This document shows positions 8,467 through 17,095 of a stretch of DNA of 64,000 bases, one piece after another. The stretch covers positions 10,498 through 74,497 of the forward strand of contig JAIORK010000050.1 of the NCBI GenBank assembly GCA_021108215.1, written 5' to 3'. Origin of the DNA: a bacterium (lineage in GTDB: Bacteria > Oederibacteriota > JAAXVQ01 > JAUVAV01). Position numbers and translations under genes: made by a program. Numbering within the stretch: position 1 is the first letter of the stretch; each line of letters opens with the position of its first letter. Below the pieces are notes generated by a model that worked only from the letters and a program-made list of their open reading frames with translations, did no database searches and was not told the origin of the DNA.

Positions 8467-9879
8467 ATGATTCCCTTGCCTTTTCCACAGGGAACCTCTA
8501 TACTTTTTTTTATTTCATCAAGGAGACTCAACATGATTCAACCGATCACGCCCGAAGAACTGCAAAGCATCAACAAATACCGGCGTTCCAGTGCAAGTGC
8601 TTTTTTAACCATCATGTTCACATCCATTAAAAATTTCAGTCAAATCCGAAAACTTCAAGGAATTGAGTATATCAAGACCATCCTCGCTCTCCATGATACT
8701 CTCCTGGAAGATTCAATTGAAAAAGATGGCGCCGGTATGGTGGCCAAACGCATTGATGACTCCTATGTCGGTGTCTTTGCTTCTCCGGCGATTGCGATTG
8801 ATCGGGCCATGCAAATTCAGGCAAGTCTCAAAAAAATCAATGACGCGCATCCGGAGCTTGAAAATATCGAGATCATGATTGGTCTGGAGACCGGGCAAGT
8901 CACGGTTGGTGATGAAATCAATGTCGAAATTTTCAACTACCACCTTAAACGGTCCTATGCACTCCAAAACCTGGCTGACGGCAAACAAATTTTTCTTGGT
9001 TTTTCACCGGAAGATTGGTTTTTCGCACAGCAAAACAAGCAATTTGCCTGGAAAAGTCATGGGAAATATCACACCTCGGACCACACCTTGTTGATGGAAA
9101 TTTATGAAGTGGCTGACAAAGAAATTTGCAAAATAACACCCCCGAACAAAGGTAAGAAACTAAAAACCTTTCCCTGGATGGCCGCAGGCATCGGACTGCT
9201 GCTGCTGGCAATGCTGGCAGGCGGTTTTTTCTGGGTAGCCAACAAAACCGCTGTTTGGTTTGTCCATATGCCGGACACCAAAATATTTATTGACCAAAAA
9301 GACCAAATTATTCTGGACGGCACTTTGCAAAATACCGCCCGAAAATGCCTGCGTCCCATCACTCCGGGCAGGCATATCCTGCATTACGATATTCACTACC
9401 AGGTCAAATATTACGCTGAAATCGATATTGCCAAGGGAAAAAATTACATTGACCCGAAATTCAGTGAGACCCGGCTGCCTGATCTTTCCCGGCGTCTGGA
9501 TTTAAATGCCGATAATGACTATACGAATACAGTCACAGCGACCAAGCGTTTTCAATACATCACCTATACCAAGTCAAGTGAGAAAAAATCACATCAGGTC
9601 ATTATCGAATTAACCATCAAAGGGCACAAAGCCACAGAGAAGCCCGACCCGATCATCTTCGAGTTCCTCTCCTCAGTCACGCTGGACGGCAAGGTCGTTC
9701 ACGAGGCAACTCGGAGCATTCCCAGTTCTGCGAGCGAAAAAGAACCTATGCGGGTCAATATTCCAATTTATAATGATGAAGAACATTATTATTTTCTTAG
9801 CTATGGAATTAACCATCCATCAGCAGAGCTGACAATCGGCGCTGCTTATATTGAATACATGAAACCTGCCAAAGAATAA
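8467..9879 (+). CDS. membrane protein with a degenerate class-III nucleotidyl-cyclase-like N-terminal domain and a large extracytoplasmic C-terminal domain
   Basis: 470-aa ORF. The likely start is M at 8533 (MIQPITPEEL). The region AFLTIMFTSIKNFSQI...GAGMVAKRIDDSYVGVFASP...IGLETGQVTVGD resembles the cyclase homology domain but lacks clear catalytic residues. One TM helix (WMAAGIGLLLLAMLAGGFFWV) precedes a 220-aa C-terminal domain of unknown family. Confidence 0.55.
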   Translation: MIPLPFPQGTSILFFISSRRLNMIQPITPEELQSINKYRRSSASAFLTIMFTSIKNFSQIRKLQGIEYIKTILALHDTLLEDSIEKDGAGMVAKRIDDSYVGVFASPAIAIDRAMQIQASLKKINDAHPELENIEIMIGLETGQVTVGDEINVEIFNYHLKRSYALQNLADGKQIFLGFSPEDWFFAQQNKQFAWKSHGKYHTSDHTLLMEIYEVADKEICKITPPNKGKKLKTFPWMAAGIGLLLLAMLAGGFFWVANKTAVWFVHMPDTKIFIDQKDQIILDGTLQNTARKCLRPITPGRHILHYDIHYQVKYYAEIDIAKGKNYIDPKFSETRLPDLSRRLDLNADNDYTNTVTATKRFQYITYTKSSEKKSHQVIIELTIKGHKATEKPDPIIFEFLSSVTLDGKVVHEATRSIPSSASEKEPMRVNIPIYNDEEHYYFLSYGINHPSAELTIGAAYIEYMKPAKE

Positions 9880-9924
9880 TCTCATAGGACAAATTACGTT
9901 TGCCGTCAATAAAACATACCAATA

Positions 9925-9957
9925 AAAAAGTCCCGGGCAAATGACCCGGGACTTTTT
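9925..9957. terminator. bidirectional rho-independent terminator between convergent genes
   Basis: aaaaagtcccggg caaatga cccgggacttttt: a 13-bp stem flanked by an A-tract and a T-tract. Confidence 0.75.
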
Positions 9958-9981
9958 AGTATGTAATGTTAAATAGCCGGT

Positions 9982-11196
9982 TTACAGGCGGCGGCGAACA
10001 GTCACCGTACGGCGACTCCCCAGTGTTTTGGGTTTGAATGTCTCCGGCGGCTGACATTCTTTGGGCAGGGGTTCATCATAGGGAAAACCAGACAAAACCT
10101 TTCTTTCCAGCGGTCTGCCCAACAATTTTTCCACATCCCGGATAATATCATTGTCCTCCCATGTGACCATGGTGAGTGCATCGCCATTGCGTGCCGCCCG
10201 GCCGGTGCGGCCGATGCGATGAATATAGGATGTGGCAGTATCCGGCATATCGTAATTAATGACATGCGAAATGCTCTCGATATCCAATCCCCGGGCCGCA
10301 ATATCCGTGGCCACCAAAATAGGAATATGACCTTTCCGGAAGTTCTTTAAGATTTGCATGCGCTGCCCCTGAGTACGGTTGGCATGCAGGGCATCCGATG
10401 TAAAACCGGCCCGTTTGAGTTTGCGCGCCACCCCGTCGGCCCGGTGTTTGGTCCGGGTAAAAATAAGTACTGATTGTGTCTTCATGTTTTTCAGAACACG
10501 CACCAACAAATCAGACTTCATCATTCGGGAGATGGGATACAGCGTATGGGTAACTGTTTCCGCCGGCGCCTCAATACTCACTGCCAAGCGTTTGGGGTTG
10601 CGCATATTGTTGGCAATTAAATTTTCCAGCACTCTGGTAAATGTTGCCGAGAAAAGTGCGGTTTGACGTTTATTGGGAACGCAGCGCAGCAGCTTGCGAA
10701 TCGGGGGCAAAAACCCCATGTCCAGCATGCGGTCCGCCTCGTCGAGTACCACCCATTCAATATGTTTCAAATCCACTGTTTTTCGCTCCACATGATCCAG
10801 CAAACGCCCCGGACATGCGACGAGAATATCCACACCTTTTCTCAAGCCATCGAGCTGATTTTGCATGCTCATCCCGCCATAGATCGTTATCGACCGGATC
10901 CCGGTGTGTTTTCCCAAAACACGAATGACTTCATGAATCTGTTCCGCCAGCTCGCGGGTGGGTGTAATCACCAGGGCGCGTGCCTGCTTTTTACTCTCGC
11001 TTTGTAATAGTTTTTGCAGAATTGGGAGTACAAAGGCTGCGGTCTTTCCAGTGCCGGTCTGGGCGGTCGCGATCACATCGCGCCCTTCCATCAGCGGTGG
11101 AATCGCCAGAGATTGGATGGGCGTAGGGGTTTTATACCCTGCGGATTTCAGCCCTTTCCACAGTGTTTCGTGCAATTGCATACTTTCAAAATTCAT
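9982..11196 (-). CDS. DEAD-box ATP-dependent RNA helicase
   Basis: Q-motif, Walker A AQTGTGKT, PTRELA, DEAD (VLDEADRMLDMGF), SAT, HRIGRTGRAG, and a basic C-terminal tail. Start assigned to MNFESMQL at 11196; the 466-aa ORF-track start is probably too far upstream. Confidence 0.9.
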   Translation of the reverse strand: MNFESMQLHETLWKGLKSAGYKTPTPIQSLAIPPLMEGRDVIATAQTGTGKTAAFVLPILQKLLQSESKKQARALVITPTRELAEQIHEVIRVLGKHTGIRSITIYGGMSMQNQLDGLRKGVDILVACPGRLLDHVERKTVDLKHIEWVVLDEADRMLDMGFLPPIRKLLRCVPNKRQTALFSATFTRVLENLIANNMRNPKRLAVSIEAPAETVTHTLYPISRMMKSDLLVRVLKNMKTQSVLIFTRTKHRADGVARKLKRAGFTSDALHANRTQGQRMQILKNFRKGHIPILVATDIAARGLDIESISHVINYDMPDTATSYIHRIGRTGRAARNGDALTMVTWEDNDIIRDVEKLLGRPLERKVLSGFPYDEPLPKECQPPETFKPKTLGSRRTVTVRRRL

Positions 11197-11516
11197 TTTG
11201 TTTCCTTTTTTGTCTGCCGACCAACGATAGAATTGATATCCATTTCGATTAATTTTCAGTCGGCAGGATCCTGGTAAACATGGATCTTGAAAACAAGATG
11301 AAAGCGGATTCGTTGATGATTGCGAGGGTTTTCCTAAGACTGTTTCCAAAGGGAAAAAGGCGGGAAGAACAAAGCAAATCATTTATGTCTGGAAAGTATA
11401 CACTATCGCGGCCAAAATAGCGAGCACTATCTTCAGTTATTTCATTAATTTTCAACCCTCCCCGGACATGCTCCGGGCAACCGTGAGCAAAGGGAAACAG
11501 CCCAAAAAAACACCCT

Positions 11517-11729
11517 TTATTTTTTAAGCCTGAGTAAGTTGGTTTTGATCCAGCCCCAGTTTAAAATAATGTGGAACAAAAACAACAAATCCAAAATTAT
11601 GGCATTGTTCATATGCACCGAATGCGCCCATCCCGCATCAAACTTTTTCATGGCAATCCCGGTCACAATCTGCAAAAGCATGGCAACCAGCAACAATGGA
11701 TTAACCACCAACAACAGCTTCATTTTCAT
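11517..11729 (-). CDS. small hydrophobic protein, two predicted TM helices
   Basis: 70-aa ORF immediately downstream of the YihY-family gene. No recognisable family. Confidence 0.4.
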   Translation of the reverse strand: MKMKLLLVVNPLLLVAMLLQIVTGIAMKKFDAGWAHSVHMNNAIILDLLFLFHIILNWGWIKTNLLRLKK

Positions 11730-11747
11730 ACAGTTCCTCCCGGATAA

Positions 11748-12587
11748 TCATTTATTTATTATTCCGTTTTTTCGCTGCTCCTCTTCCCGCACGGTCTGAC
11801 AAGCCCGGGCAATGGCAGCACCCCAAAAAATAGTCAAGGAAGAATAATAAACCCACAGCAAAAGCGCCACCAATGACCGCGAGGACCCATAAAAAACGAC
11901 CATGGGATTGAAGACCCAATATTTTTCCAAACCATATTTTCCAATCTCAAATAAACAGGCTGCCCCCAGGGCACCCATAACCGCATCCTGCCACCGCACC
12001 TCGGTATCCGGCGCCCATTTGTACAGCAAAACAAACATGAGCACGGCAACAAAAAACGTAGTCGCAGCCTCAATCAATTTCCACTTAATCATAATGGACT
12101 GGGTCAGCAATGCAAAGAGTGTGCTCACAAAAAATGAAGTGACCAGAACGGTTGAAACGACCAGCATCATGCCCAATGGCACTGTCTGTTTTTTTAAAAA
12201 TGCCGGCCACTTCCGCTGTTTGCGCGGCGCAACCTGCCAAATCTTATTGAGCACATCATGAATATGGGCAAACACGATGATTGCCGCAAAAAAAGCAATC
12301 AGCAATCCAAAAAAAGTGGAAACCGGACCCTGAAAAATCCCCAGGGTGGTGCGCGTGGTCAGCGAATTAAAGATATCCCGGGCCTGAACAGTCATCATCG
12401 AATTTGCCTGGTGAAGAATCACATCCCGCGGTCCCCGCCCCGCAACATCTGCCAGCCATTGCATAAAAAAGGCGAATGGCGCCAGTGCCATCAATGAAAA
12501 AAAAGCCAGCCCGGCAGCATCAATGAATAATCGTTTTTTAAAAAGTGTGCTCAAAGAGCTGCGCACAATTTTCAGCCATAGAAGCAT
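11748..12587 (-). CDS. YihY/BrkB (virulence factor BrkB / RNase BN-like) family membrane protein
   Basis: FIDAAGLAFFSLMALAPF signature near the N-terminus and multiple TM helices. Confidence 0.8.
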   Translation of the reverse strand: MLLWLKIVRSSLSTLFKKRLFIDAAGLAFFSLMALAPFAFFMQWLADVAGRGPRDVILHQANSMMTVQARDIFNSLTTRTTLGIFQGPVSTFFGLLIAFFAAIIVFAHIHDVLNKIWQVAPRKQRKWPAFLKKQTVPLGMMLVVSTVLVTSFFVSTLFALLTQSIMIKWKLIEAATTFFVAVLMFVLLYKWAPDTEVRWQDAVMGALGAACLFEIGKYGLEKYWVFNPMVVFYGSSRSLVALLLWVYYSSLTIFWGAAIARACQTVREEEQRKNGIINK

Positions 12588-12645
12588 CGAACCGTCCTTG
12601 GGATAACCTGATTTTTAAATACGCTTATCCTACTTGCAATAAGTC

Positions 12646-13752
12646 TTAGTTTTTCCCCCGAGGTGTCTTCCCGCTCGCCATCATAATACCCAATGGCCGC
12701 AGCACCGGAATATGTTCACAGATGATTTTCAAAGCCACCGCAAAAATTACAGATAAAAATGCTCCCAGGATACCCCACAACCAGCCGCACAAAAGTAAAA
12801 AAATCAAAATTACAATCGGACTTAAATCCAGCTGGTCCCCCATAACCTTCGGACTGATCACATTCCCGATCACTTGATTAATGACCAAAATAACCAGCAC
12901 GATAATAATCGCCGGCCAAACATTGGGATAAAATTGGATCAATGCCAGCAAAACCGGTGGCAAGGCCGCAATAATCGAACCAATGGTGGGAATAAAATTA
13001 AGGAAAAATGCGAGCATGCCCCAGGTAAAAGCAAACTTCAACCCCAAAAGCGCACACAAGAGCCAAACCAAAAAACCGGTTATCATGCTCAACAAGGTCT
13101 GCATCAGGATATACTTGGATATTTTATTCGTAACAGACGCTGTAATCCGACTAACCTGTTCCGCCACATCCCGGGTAAACGCACGCTTCAGATTGTGCTG
13201 GGTATAGGGCCGGGCCACCAAAATAAATGCCAAAATAATAATGACGAATATCAAATTGGAAAGAAAGGTGGTCAGACTGCCCAATAATTTACCCAGCATC
13301 GCCATGAGAGATTCAAACGCCTGGGTCAGCCATTTGCTCATCTGGGCGTCAATATTATCATTAAGCTGTACTGGAACATGCCGGAGAATATCCTGAAGAA
13401 TGGCGGAAAACTTTCCCTGCAAGGCGGGCATCTGATTGATGAATCCGGCTGCATTGACGGAAAGCAATACCGCAAACCAGTACATCGCAACCATCAACAA
13501 AACCAGTACCACCGCAATGGAAAGACTGCGGGGAATTTTTTTACTGACAAACCAGCCAATGGGCGGTTCAAGCATCAAGGATAAAAACCAGGCAACCAGC
13601 GGCGGCATAATAACCGCATACCCGACTTTGAATACCGCCAGCAAGAGAACCACCGCAATAAAAACCAGGCACAGCGTGCTGATATTGCCCGGCGAGGCAA
13701 AAAGATTAAACTTAACCGGTTTCTCCGAACGTGTCGTCATCCCATCCCCCAT
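12646..13752 (-). CDS. AI-2E family transporter (UPF0118/PerM-like)
   Basis: 368-aa polytopic membrane protein with the conserved FLNFIPTIGSIIAALPPVLLALIQ region. Confidence 0.8.
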   Translation of the reverse strand: MGDGMTTRSEKPVKFNLFASPGNISTLCLVFIAVVLLLAVFKVGYAVIMPPLVAWFLSLMLEPPIGWFVSKKIPRSLSIAVVLVLLMVAMYWFAVLLSVNAAGFINQMPALQGKFSAILQDILRHVPVQLNDNIDAQMSKWLTQAFESLMAMLGKLLGSLTTFLSNLIFVIIILAFILVARPYTQHNLKRAFTRDVAEQVSRITASVTNKISKYILMQTLLSMITGFLVWLLCALLGLKFAFTWGMLAFFLNFIPTIGSIIAALPPVLLALIQFYPNVWPAIIIVLVILVINQVIGNVISPKVMGDQLDLSPIVILIFLLLCGWLWGILGAFLSVIFAVALKIICEHIPVLRPLGIMMASGKTPRGKN

Positions 13753-13883
13753 ACCGAAGTATATTTTTAATCACTGCCGGCCTAATTCATAAAATATTCT
13801 GACCGGCTTTATCGCGTACTGTCTTTCTTAATTTTGACAAAATAATTTTTAAATATCATAACAGATTTCTTTCTTCGGAAAAA

Positions 13884-14690
13884 TTACTTTTCCAGGGATT
13901 TCAAAATTCCCTGTATTTTGTCCTGATATTCGTCTGAAGTGACATAATCCATGTCATTGTGCCCGCCATCATACGGCAACAGCATTTTAGGCGGAAGCGC
14001 ATTTTGATGCAATAACGAGGCGTGCCGGAAAGCAATCATATCATCATAACGCCCATGTATAATCAACTTGGGTGTTTTAATATGCCGGATTTTCCTGACA
14101 CTGTCATACTTTTGCTGCGTCAACCAGGACATTGGGAGAAAAGGATACATTTCCTTGGACACCTGTTCAACCGAGGCAAATGGACTTTCCAGAACCAGGT
14201 AGCCTACCGGATTATGCAGTGCCAGATCCACGATGACAGCGCACCCCAGCGACTTGCCGTAGACAACAATCTGTTGCGGATCAATGTTCCTTTCGTGAAT
14301 CAGATAATCGTAAGCTGTCTGCACGTCGCGATACAGTCCTTTTTCACTCGGGCGGCCTGTGCTCTTTCCATACCCGCGATAATCAAACATAAGTAAATTA
14401 ACACGCAGCTCCTTGAAAAACGCGACCCGATGCAGCCTGCCCGACATATTTCCGGCATTGCCGTGACAAAAAAGCACAGCTTGTTTTGATTTGGGGGATT
14501 TAATATACCAGGCATGCAGAATTTGTTTATCCGATGTTTTCAGAAAAACATCTTCATACCGCACCTTAATATCCTTCGGTGTTTCCTCAATCTCCTTTTT
14601 AGGAAAATAGAGGCCCTTTTGCTCAATCACAATCGCCAGAATTTTGGCAACCATGATGCCGAGGATGATAATCGCGAGAAAAGTAGTCAT
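13884..14690 (-). CDS. alpha/beta-fold hydrolase
   Basis: N-terminal TM anchor, HGNAGN oxyanion region, nucleophile elbow GKSLG, and later Asp/His residues. Confidence 0.8.
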   Translation of the reverse strand: MTTFLAIIILGIMVAKILAIVIEQKGLYFPKKEIEETPKDIKVRYEDVFLKTSDKQILHAWYIKSPKSKQAVLFCHGNAGNMSGRLHRVAFFKELRVNLLMFDYRGYGKSTGRPSEKGLYRDVQTAYDYLIHERNIDPQQIVVYGKSLGCAVIVDLALHNPVGYLVLESPFASVEQVSKEMYPFLPMSWLTQQKYDSVRKIRHIKTPKLIIHGRYDDMIAFRHASLLHQNALPPKMLLPYDGGHNDMDYVTSDEYQDKIQGILKSLEK

Positions 14691-14703
14691 GTATTATCCT
14701 TTT

Positions 14704-14957
14704 GATAAAAATCCACGGGCTTACCCGGCATCCGGCATGCGCCGGACAAGTACGCCGGGCAGGCTGCCCGTGGTATTTTTGTCGGGAGATGTTCGCCCTG
14801 CCCCAAATACGGCAGGATGTCGCACCGATCTGCCGAAATATCAATTCGGTGCTCCACCTTCAATCGACGATATTTTTACTCGCTTCATCGATGGACTTAC
14901 CCGGCATTCGCCGGGCAAGCTGTCCATCGTGTTCGCGCTAGCACGATAACCAGGGTA
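14704..14957 (+). repeat. dispersed REP/MITE-like repeat, long copy (family core cccggcattcgccggg)
   Basis: Head gataaaaatccacgggcttacccggcatccggcatgcgcc and tail ccatcgtgttcgcgctagcacgataac match the copies at 59611-59766 (same orientation) and 61727-61840 (inverted). ORF-track entries 14644..14949 and 14702..14941 lie inside it and are treated as spurious. Confidence 0.7.
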
Positions 14958-14974
14958 CGTGCGCTCTCTACTGT

Positions 14975-15280
14975 TCACTTCGGCTTGGGCGATTTTCCCG
15001 TACCCCACAAAGGATCGTTCCCGAATTGCCGGCGGACCATTTCCTCGGGATTTTGCCGGTAAAATTCTTCTTGAGAGAATGCAAACCGGTATGCCCCCGT
15101 GTATTCCTGCAATATCCGGTAAGCGGTATTTATTTTCTGCATTTTCTCCGGCTCCTGCGCCCCTGCATCCGGATGATGCTGCTTTACCAATTCCCGGTGC
15201 CGGTCCTGAATTTCCGCGCGCGTAGCAGTTTCCCGAAGGCCAAACACTGCCAATGCAGCCTGCAACTCTTTATAGGTCAT
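14975..15280 (-). CDS. J-domain (DnaJ-like) protein
   Basis: The HPD motif (KQHHPDAG) within a J-domain-like helical region. 101 aa. Confidence 0.75.
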   Translation of the reverse strand: MTYKELQAALAVFGLRETATRAEIQDRHRELVKQHHPDAGAQEPEKMQKINTAYRILQEYTGAYRFAFSQEEFYRQNPEEMVRRQFGNDPLWGTGKSPKPK

Positions 15281-15283
15281 GGG

Positions 15284-15448
15284 TCAACAAGTCCAATCTA
15301 ATAGTGTATTCTGCGGCACCGGCCGCGTCTCAACCGCTTCCTTTATAACATCAAAACAATAACTGGGGAAGCTGACGACCAGCCTTTTTCGTCCCAAATT
15401 ATGGCGTTCCCCAGACAAGCGTGCGGCATTTAACTCCCTGGCTTTCAT
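15284..15448 (-). CDS. hypothetical small protein (54 aa from MKAREL)
   Basis: It fills the gap between the J-domain gene and the methyltransferase gene. No family recognised. Confidence 0.25.
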   Translation of the reverse strand: MKARELNAARLSGERHNLGRKRLVVSFPSYCFDVIKEAVETRPVPQNTLLDWTC

Positions 15449-15459
15449 TATATTCACTT

Positions 15460-16064
15460 TTACTTTTTCATCGCCCGAACAGCGATAAAACTGCCTGAAC
15501 CAAATCCCGGTTCCACTCTTTTGTCCTCGCTCTTGCCGGAAAATAAGGCCTGCCGGTAGACAAAACATGAGAATCCGGCTTGGCTCAAATGAGTTTCCAT
15601 TTCCCTGACTGAATAAAAGGTAGCTCGGGAATAAAATTTGCTCTGGGATTTTTTTTCGTTATATTTCTTTCCCAGTTCGCTCTCCCGGTCAATAAATCCG
15701 ATAATCAGGCTTCCTGCCGGTTTAAGTACACGGCCGGCTTCTCCAAACGCTTTATTAATATCATCAAGAAAACAAACCGAGGTCATCATAAGCGCAAAAT
15801 CAAACTCCGCATCACCAAACGGCAGTGCCTCGGCCGCCGCTTCCCGGATCTCAATTCCCCGCTGCCGGGCCAAAGCCGCCATCCGCGCAGCAGGTTCTAC
15901 CCCGACCGCAATCCCCAGCCGGGACGCAAATCTCCCAGCCCAGTCCCCTGACGAGGAATCAATTCACTTAAGGCTGCGAGTTCATCCTCATACGCTGTTT
16001 TATTTTCATCAAACCAGGCATCATATTTTTCAGCATTTTCATTAAAAACCATTATCTTGTCCAT
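15460..16064 (-). pseudogene. class I SAM-dependent methyltransferase (Methyltransf_11/UbiE-like) disrupted by a frameshift and deletion at SAM-binding motif I
   Basis: N-terminal piece MDKIMVFNENAEKYDAWFDENKTAYEDELAALSELIPRQGTGLGDLRPGWGLRSG* (ATG at 16064). The expected LEIGVGTGRFASRLGIAVGVEPAARMAALA continues in the +1 frame and joins the 15460..15882 ORF (ALPFGDAEFDFALMMTSVCFLDDINKAFGEAGRVLKPAGSLIIG). The core of motif I (E-I-G-V-G-T-G) is missing. Confidence 0.6.
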
Positions 16065-16333
16065 GACGCTCCCTAAAAAAGTTTTTATCTTAGGACCGCT
16101 TGGAAACCAGCGTCAGCTTGTCAACTTAGCGTACCGGCCCTTCCCGAAAATCCAGCCGTGACCCTATTTGGCGCAGCGCTTATCCTTCCTGCCATAAAAA
16201 AAAAGTATCATATTTTTCATTTGATTGGCATTATACAGGATAAAAAAAATAATTTGAATATAGAATCGAGAAATGAAGTGATACGTCAACTAATTAATTC
16301 CGGCCCCTTACAAAAAAGGAACAACTATAAATT

Positions 16334-17095
16334 TTATTCTTCCGGACTTATTTCTTCAGGCGCTTTTTTTCTTTGTTTGGGAAACAATTGATCAATCACA
16401 GAACGCTTTTTAGGTTTTTTACCAAATAAAACATTTAAATTATTCTTGGCCGTGTGATTGTCCGGCCATAGTTCCAAGGCTCTTTTTTGACTCGCGACTG
16501 CTTTTTCGAGCTGACCTTGGTGCCTATGGACGATCCCTAAATTAGTATAGCTGACAGACAATCTCCGCTTTACTTCTAATTGGGCCAACTCAATTTCACT
16601 TATTCTTTTATGCAACACCCTTTTATTCGTCTGAAAATAGGGTTCGATTTTTGTTTTGATCTCTTCGGCATTGAGTTCGCCATAGGTGTTGAGCCATCTT
16701 TCATAAAGTGCATTGCTGGTCAAAGCCGTTTGTTCCGCTTTTATAAGCAGGGGCGACCGCTCGGCCGCCCCTACATTTTTATCATATAAAGCCATTAACA
16801 AGTATGTTGCAGTTCGATTGTTATAAACAATGCCCGGTTCATAAGAATCAGCATATCCAAAAGTATTTTTATAAAGCCCCTCAAGTTCATCAAGCACAAT
16901 AAACGCCAAGGGGTATTTTTTTTCCTCAATGAGCCGGCTGTATTTGGCAAACAAATGCCGGGCTTCTGCAACCCGGGAATCTTCCGCCTGGTTAACGCTT
17001 CGGTAATAAAAATAAGCACCCGTACCAACAATGACTGAAATCGTTACTAAAACGATCAACAGTCTTTTCGTCCCTCTAATCATGTACTTTTTCAA
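16334..17095 (-). CDS. TPR-repeat protein with N-terminal membrane anchor
   Basis: TM helix LLIVLVTISVIVGTGAYFYY followed by TPR-like helical repeats (LGIVHRHQGQLEKAVASQKRALELWPDNHTAKNNL). Confidence 0.6.
   Translation of the reverse strand: MKKYMIRGTKRLLIVLVTISVIVGTGAYFYYRSVNQAEDSRVAEARHLFAKYSRLIEEKKYPLAFIVLDELEGLYKNTFGYADSYEPGIVYNNRTATYLLMALYDKNVGAAERSPLLIKAEQTALTSNALYERWLNTYGELNAEEIKTKIEPYFQTNKRVLHKRISEIELAQLEVKRRLSVSYTNLGIVHRHQGQLEKAVASQKRALELWPDNHTAKNNLNVLFGKKPKKRSVIDQLFPKQRKKAPEEISPEE

Noticed and set aside
12874-13287. 137-aa plus-strand ORF rich in Gln, Asn and Arg
   Set aside because: It is antisense to the AI-2E transporter gene, whose TM helices read as low-complexity in the reverse frame.
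14644-14949. Overlapping plus-strand ORFs 14644..14949 and 14702..14941
   Set aside because: They lie inside a copy of the dispersed GC-rich REP-like repeat. Equivalent sequence elsewhere occurs in the opposite orientation and with indels that would break the frames.
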